A stretch of DNA of 64,000 bases from Phoronis australis (lineage: Eukaryota > Animalia > Phoronida). The notes under the pieces are model-generated. The model had not been told where the DNA came from, ran no database searches, and saw only the letters and a list, made by a program, of their open reading frames with translations. Both the position numbers and the translations under genes were made by a program. The first letter of the stretch is position 1. Every line of letters begins with the position of its first letter. Positions 55,001 to 61,000 of the stretch are shown piece by piece. The stretch is taken from NCBI GenBank assembly GCA_002633005.1, contig NMRA01000306.1, forward strand, positions 188,599-252,598, read 5' to 3'.

Positions 55001-58000
55001 TTCGAGTTACAAACTTACAAAAATGTCAATGAAAACAGTACTCATAACCGTAAATTTGTTATTAAACGAAAAGTGAACGTAAATTGAGAATTCCTAACAG
55101 CGTTTCAGAGATCGATGAATACATGTAAGTAATGACATTGAAAGGTTTCAATAGAACTTATCGAACCGTTTTTGTTCCTAAGTCCAAACAAAGGCGAAAG
55201 TCTCACAAGGTTTTCGTTATACCATCATTTTACTACTCAGCACAAGTCACTCATTCGCTTACTTTGTTATTTAAGTCATCTGTCACCCTGCGTCTTGAAG
55301 CACATTGCTACATACTACTAATTGTCATCCTCCTTTAGTTTGATGGAAACAGCGTCTATAACCAAGGTGTAGATCAAGTATTCCGCAGGCGAACTCGGTT
55401 CATCAGAGTGCGACCTCTCGCTTATCAAGTCAGGAAAGCACTCCGACTGGAAGTTTATATAATCAAAGATGGTGAGCTAGAACAAAGGTCTAAGGCTTTA
55501 ATATTGTTGTAGCCTGCAAATTCCTGATTACATCTTACATCTCCTTTCTTCGTAAACAACTTGCAAGTACATATTTATTAGCTTTTATCACATATTACTA
55601 GGCATTAACCTTGTGGCGATACTTTTGTACATGATTGAAATCAGACATGAAACTGATTAACTGCGAGTCGCTCTTCGTCATAAGCGTGTTCCAGTCAACC
55701 GTAAAGTTGTGTCTTGTTCTAAGCAACAGACGGGGGGAAACTGGTGAGCGATCATACGTAAATTTTCCTGGCTATCTACTATTTAAACTACACCACCAGT
55801 TTTCTGTGTCTCGGTTGACAGCGTTGTTTCTAGAACCATTCACCTAAATTTTTTGAGTTGTTTTGTGTCAAAGTTTATGAAACTTTAATTTGCACAAATG
55901 ATGTTCTTCCACATCAAATGTTGAAAACATTGAATTGTGCTAGAATCCCCTCTACCCCAGACCCCACAACCCCCTCGACGCACGACCCCATCGACCCACA
56001 ATCCCCACGACCCACGACCACAACCCCTTCAACCCATGACTTGTGACAATAGTGGTGTAAGATCATGGTCTTAAATAGCGAATTGTGAGCGTGCTATCGT
56101 TGTCACGAAGTTCCAGGAAGGGATACCAATGGCCCTGTTCTACTAAACTTAAGGTACGTTAATGTGAATACACAAAATTTTACATTTTTTTGGTTTCTGT
56201 TGTATGCACGTTTACAATATACTGCATATACCGCTGAGATACTTTTTAGTTAACAGTTTGCTTTTCAAGCTATATTTACTGATGTAATTACATGTTTGTC
56301 GCTTTCTCACACAATCTCAAAAAAGTTTGAATCTGCCGTTCACTGAAGAGCAGACGAAACGGGCTCCGGGGAACGACATTTGTAACGTTGGTAGGTCTTT
56401 GATTTTATTCGGTCGCGTTGTATTTTTCTGTTTTTGGCTTTCAAAATTGACGAATCCACTCTCTTAATTGCAAAAAAATAAATAAAAATGGCAAAAGCCA
56501 GCCGACCTCACGGCCAGTCTCATTGGTCCTACAAGTCAGCGCTTGTTCTATGTTCAGATCGATTCGAACTTGTGTCGTGGGCCGTGTGTCGTGGGTCGTG
56601 GCTCATGGTCGTCGTGGGTCGAGGGGTCGTGGGTGTCATCTTGAAGGTGGCCGAGGGTTTTTTTAGAGCAATCCAAAAACATTCAATCCCAGGGAGGATT
56701 AGAAGCAAACGGGAAACGTCCACTTTCCTTTTAAGTAGTATGATTCTAACAGAAATGGCTGATAATCAATTTCAAAATACGGAATTTTCTGAAATACCAC
56801 ATAGCCTACACTTAAATTACATTTTTGTGTATTCTATTCCAGTTGTGGCTTGTCCTGTCAACTCATGGACCATTAACAACGATGTCTGTTACTACCATGA
56901 CAAGTTTTCGAGAACTTGGAACGGAGCTAATACTAACTGCCTGTCGCTTGGAGGATCTTTAGCATACATTCATAATGACCAAGCACACAACTTTGTAAAA
57001 AGTTTTGTGTCTTCAATGTACGTGGTAACATGCAATTATCAAAACTCAGCTGTGATAAAAGCTTTGGTGCATAATTGATTATAGCTTTAGCTTCAGATCA
57101 TTTGAATGAAAATCTTCATTTGTTTAACTGATGCCGTTTGAAAACTAAGCATACGTTATACCTTGTTAAGTTTTTATTTCGAAACACACGTGGTTCTAAA
57201 TCCGATTTTACAGCAGTTATAACTAATTTGAATTATGCTCTAGGCAATCTCGTCCAGTCTCTCTGCCTTTCACAATATTTTATTGAAGAATCTGATGACC
57301 AAGTCAGGCTCTCATGAGTTTCGCTCAGATGTTTCTTCATCCATCTAAGTGGCTTGAGCGCTTCTGATGCACTGCAAAACATCAGAGTGCCTGAGCCCTT
57401 TTTACTATCTCAAATTCCAACTTCGTCACCATCCATGTGCCACCCATTCCTCCCGCCCTAGTTCTCAGGTATCCCGCAGTCTCTCGCGCACCACCCCAAA
57501 TGCTGCACACCATTAAGGTCACCCGCCACCAGGCCCTCGGCTTTAGCTGCCTTAATAAACAATCTTGTGCATTTAAGCTTCGAATACTTTTGGATGGGCA
57601 TCAGTGATACGAGCACCGAAGGCACATGGGAGACCGTCGAGGGAAGCGCATTGTCCTATACAAAATGGTCGAACAACCCCGCTCAGCCAAATGGTGGCAC
57701 GACAGAGAACTGCGGTGCTCCGGATGCAAGTCGATCCCACTTGTGGTACGACAGAGACTGCGATCAAACCTACACTAGCCTTTGTCAGTACCCTAAGCCG
57801 GTAAGATCATACATGAACATGTCGAAGCACGTACATTCTTGCATTTGACAAGGCTCAACACATGAAAATAGAATTTATTGCTGCGTATACCCATGTTGAG
57901 AATTATGTTTTCCAGTTTTGACCAGGACTTACTTGCTTATATTCTTAAAATTTCAAAATTCGACTTTTAACTTTTGTTCAATTTAAGCAGCTTCACTATA

Positions 58001-61000
58001 CATGTTTCAGATTTCTTTGGAGGTATCGTAGCTCTAACGGGAAAACGTCAAACCTATAAGAAGCTGTTGACTATTAGTGACGAATTTTCTGGATATCAAA
58101 AATCGAAACCGCGAACGATTTACCAAAGCAATTGCTGATAACAAGACGTCATTTAGTCTTTTTGGAAACAGCCTATTTCAACTCATCCAAAAGCTATTGC
58201 AACTCGTTAAATTTAGGAATGTTAGTGGCCTTTGAACCTGACCAGTGATGATCACTTGTTCCTTCTTTTTTCTTTGTAGAGCTCTGTGGGGCTACAAACA
58301 GGTAAGTATATCAAATATCCTCGCACATCCTTTATAGAAATACTTTTACTACGCATTATGAAAGGGACGCCTTGAACAATTAAAGAGTGCATCTTACAGC
58401 TTAAACTTGAAATACCCGACTCAGTGGTCCTTAGAAGGTGTTCAATTGTCTTTCATTTACGTGTTTATAAATCTCCAAAGTGGTGTATGATCGTTTACCT
58501 AAAGCTAATTAGGAAATCTATTGCTAAGCAATACTAGTAAGTTGAGTACATACACCTTGTTGTTTCACAAGTGATCACCCCAAAATATAGAATTCTAGGC
58601 ACGTTCCTACAATTTTCCGTGCCGGCCAAAATCAACACTCCACAATTGGGTCCGGTTAAAAGTTTGCAACGCAACAGTTGTTGACTCTTAATGTATTACA
58701 TCACCAGTTCGTGGACTACAGGAAGATGCAACTACTCTGTTTGGCATACATATATAATGGGCAACGCGACTGTCGTTCATGAAGGAAGATTTCTCTCGTT
58801 TACATCTGTGAAGTAAAAGGAATTCGTCAGCATAAGATCGTTGGAGTCCTACGAGATTCTGCGAAAAGCATCTTTCTTTCGTTATCGTCACCTATTGAAT
58901 TTCTAGTTCTCTGTTACAACCACATTTACCCATTTCAGCCGTTCTTGAAAGCAAAGCTATCAGCCTGTCTGACCTACCGGATGACGCTTTCACTGCGACC
59001 AGACAATACAATGGCCATATGACTCCTAAACATGCCAAGTTCTCCCAACACAATGCGTGGTGTGTTGATGTAAATCAGCCAGACGACTACCTTCAAGTAG
59101 ATTTGGGTTATACGTGGATCATTGAAAAAACAGCCACAAAGGTAAACCAGTTTCTTAGCAGAGGTCACCATGGATTATTTTCCAATCACGTTCATAATAA
59201 ATAGACTGCCGTGCGCAGTTTTGTAAAGAAAGCGTTACGTTTATCACGCAAATCAACACATATTTCGCAATGACTTCTTCTCAATAAAAATAAATGTAAA
59301 CACCTCAACAAAAGTTTGGAAATTTGTGTCCACTCGTCTGTGCTTTCAGTAAGTTTGGTTTATTTAAATCATGTTGCATAACAACAATTCCACATTTTGT
59401 CAATAAAATTTTGATATGCTCAGTAACTTTGCTGCGAAAGAGGGCTTGGTCTCAAAGTGAATGTTGCAAATTTCGCTGTTTTTGCCAATCAGTGTCACCC
59501 CCTGTAATATGCTGGTGATAAACAACGGGAGTTAACAACAAATGTGCGAGAAACGGAATGATAACATTGAACTCTTGCTGTTAGCAGGCTCAATATGAAT
59601 CATGATTAGTCAAATTGTATTTGGAGTGCCCAGTTTGGAGCTTTCTTCAAATGTGAAATTCTGGTGTTCTGGCTCCAAGTATGCTGCGTTTGTCTATAAT
59701 AGAAAAGACCCGAGCTATTGGACAAATTGATGTTGGTGTTTCCCAGAATGCGGTAACACATCATTCGAGTCCTAGTGACATCTCCAAACTGAAGCACAAA
59801 TTCCAACAAACAACTGTAGTGACTGCGAATGGTTTGCCAGCCCGATGCAGAGAAGACTATAAATGTTGTCTATCAGTCAAACTATCACCATTGTATATAC
59901 GTCAGTGTTCTATAAATGAAGTGTTCATGTGTTGCCACATATTATCATAAGTTTTTACTACCATGGAACCAGCACTGTTACTGCTATTGGAAAAGCTTAA
60001 TACTCAAACTTGAATACAAATTTCTCGAATTACCTGGAATGTGTTAGGACACGACTGGCTAATAACACATGGCGAATCACAAAGTAGTACGAAGTAAAAA
60101 CCCATACGCCTTACATTTTATCGTCTGCAAAACATTTATACCAACAACCAAACAATGCCGAAATTCCGTGAAGGAGACAAGGATATGATTGACAAATCAG
60201 GTGCTGCAACTCTAATAAGTGTATACGGTACAGGGCAAGAAAATACATGGGACAGATTTTTATTTATAACATTCATGACAGTGGCGGATCTAGGATACCA
60301 TAAGTGGGGAGCCAGCATGTCGCCTCGGGGAATTGGGCAAAGCGCTATTGTGTGTGCACAGACCCGAAACTTGTGGGGGCCCGGATTGTGGACCTCTTGT
60401 TCGGACAATCCATCGCTGGACTGAAAAAAAACGGCCGCCGCGGCCTGGGGTCTGAGCCCCCCCTCATTCGCTACGGGTCCTAGTTGCTGAACTCAATATT
60501 TTCTCACGCATCACGCTGTTTCACTTTGCTTGCGGCAGCCAAAGGGGGGTGCTTGCCCCCCCCCCCCCCANCCCCCCCCCCCCTAAGTCCGCCTATGCAT
60601 GAAGCCAGCTTAACAAAACTGGCTGAAAGTGAAAAATGTCCAAATGTAACAACCGGCGGGTCAAGCCGGTTCTGCGACCCTCATCAACCCATTGGACACG
60701 CACATGTCAATTCAGTGCTCACTCGCGGGGAAGCCCTGCTGATTGTAATTTCTATAAACATTTGTTAAGTTTTAATATTACAATCTCGGCAAGTCTCGAG
60801 ATTTTGGCGAAATTTCCAAGAGTTATTGCCCATGTCATAAACCTGAGACGAGTGTAGGGTCCTCTATTTACATTTAGCTCTTATTAAATTTGGAGCATTC
60901 ACTTTTGAGACAAAGCCCTCTTCATCGTAATACAGTGTACTATATCTGCATTTACCTGCATACTTGATGAAAAAATGTCTTGTCGTTTCATTAACGGATA

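Noticed and set aside
55938-56670. Adjacent inverted-repeat element as the vehicle that inserted CTLD4
   Set aside because: Both of its ends lie upstream of the cassette, so it does not enclose the exons.
56488-56842. N-terminal part of the 196-aa ORF as coding
   Set aside because: It is read-through of repeat sequence upstream of the acceptor at 56842.
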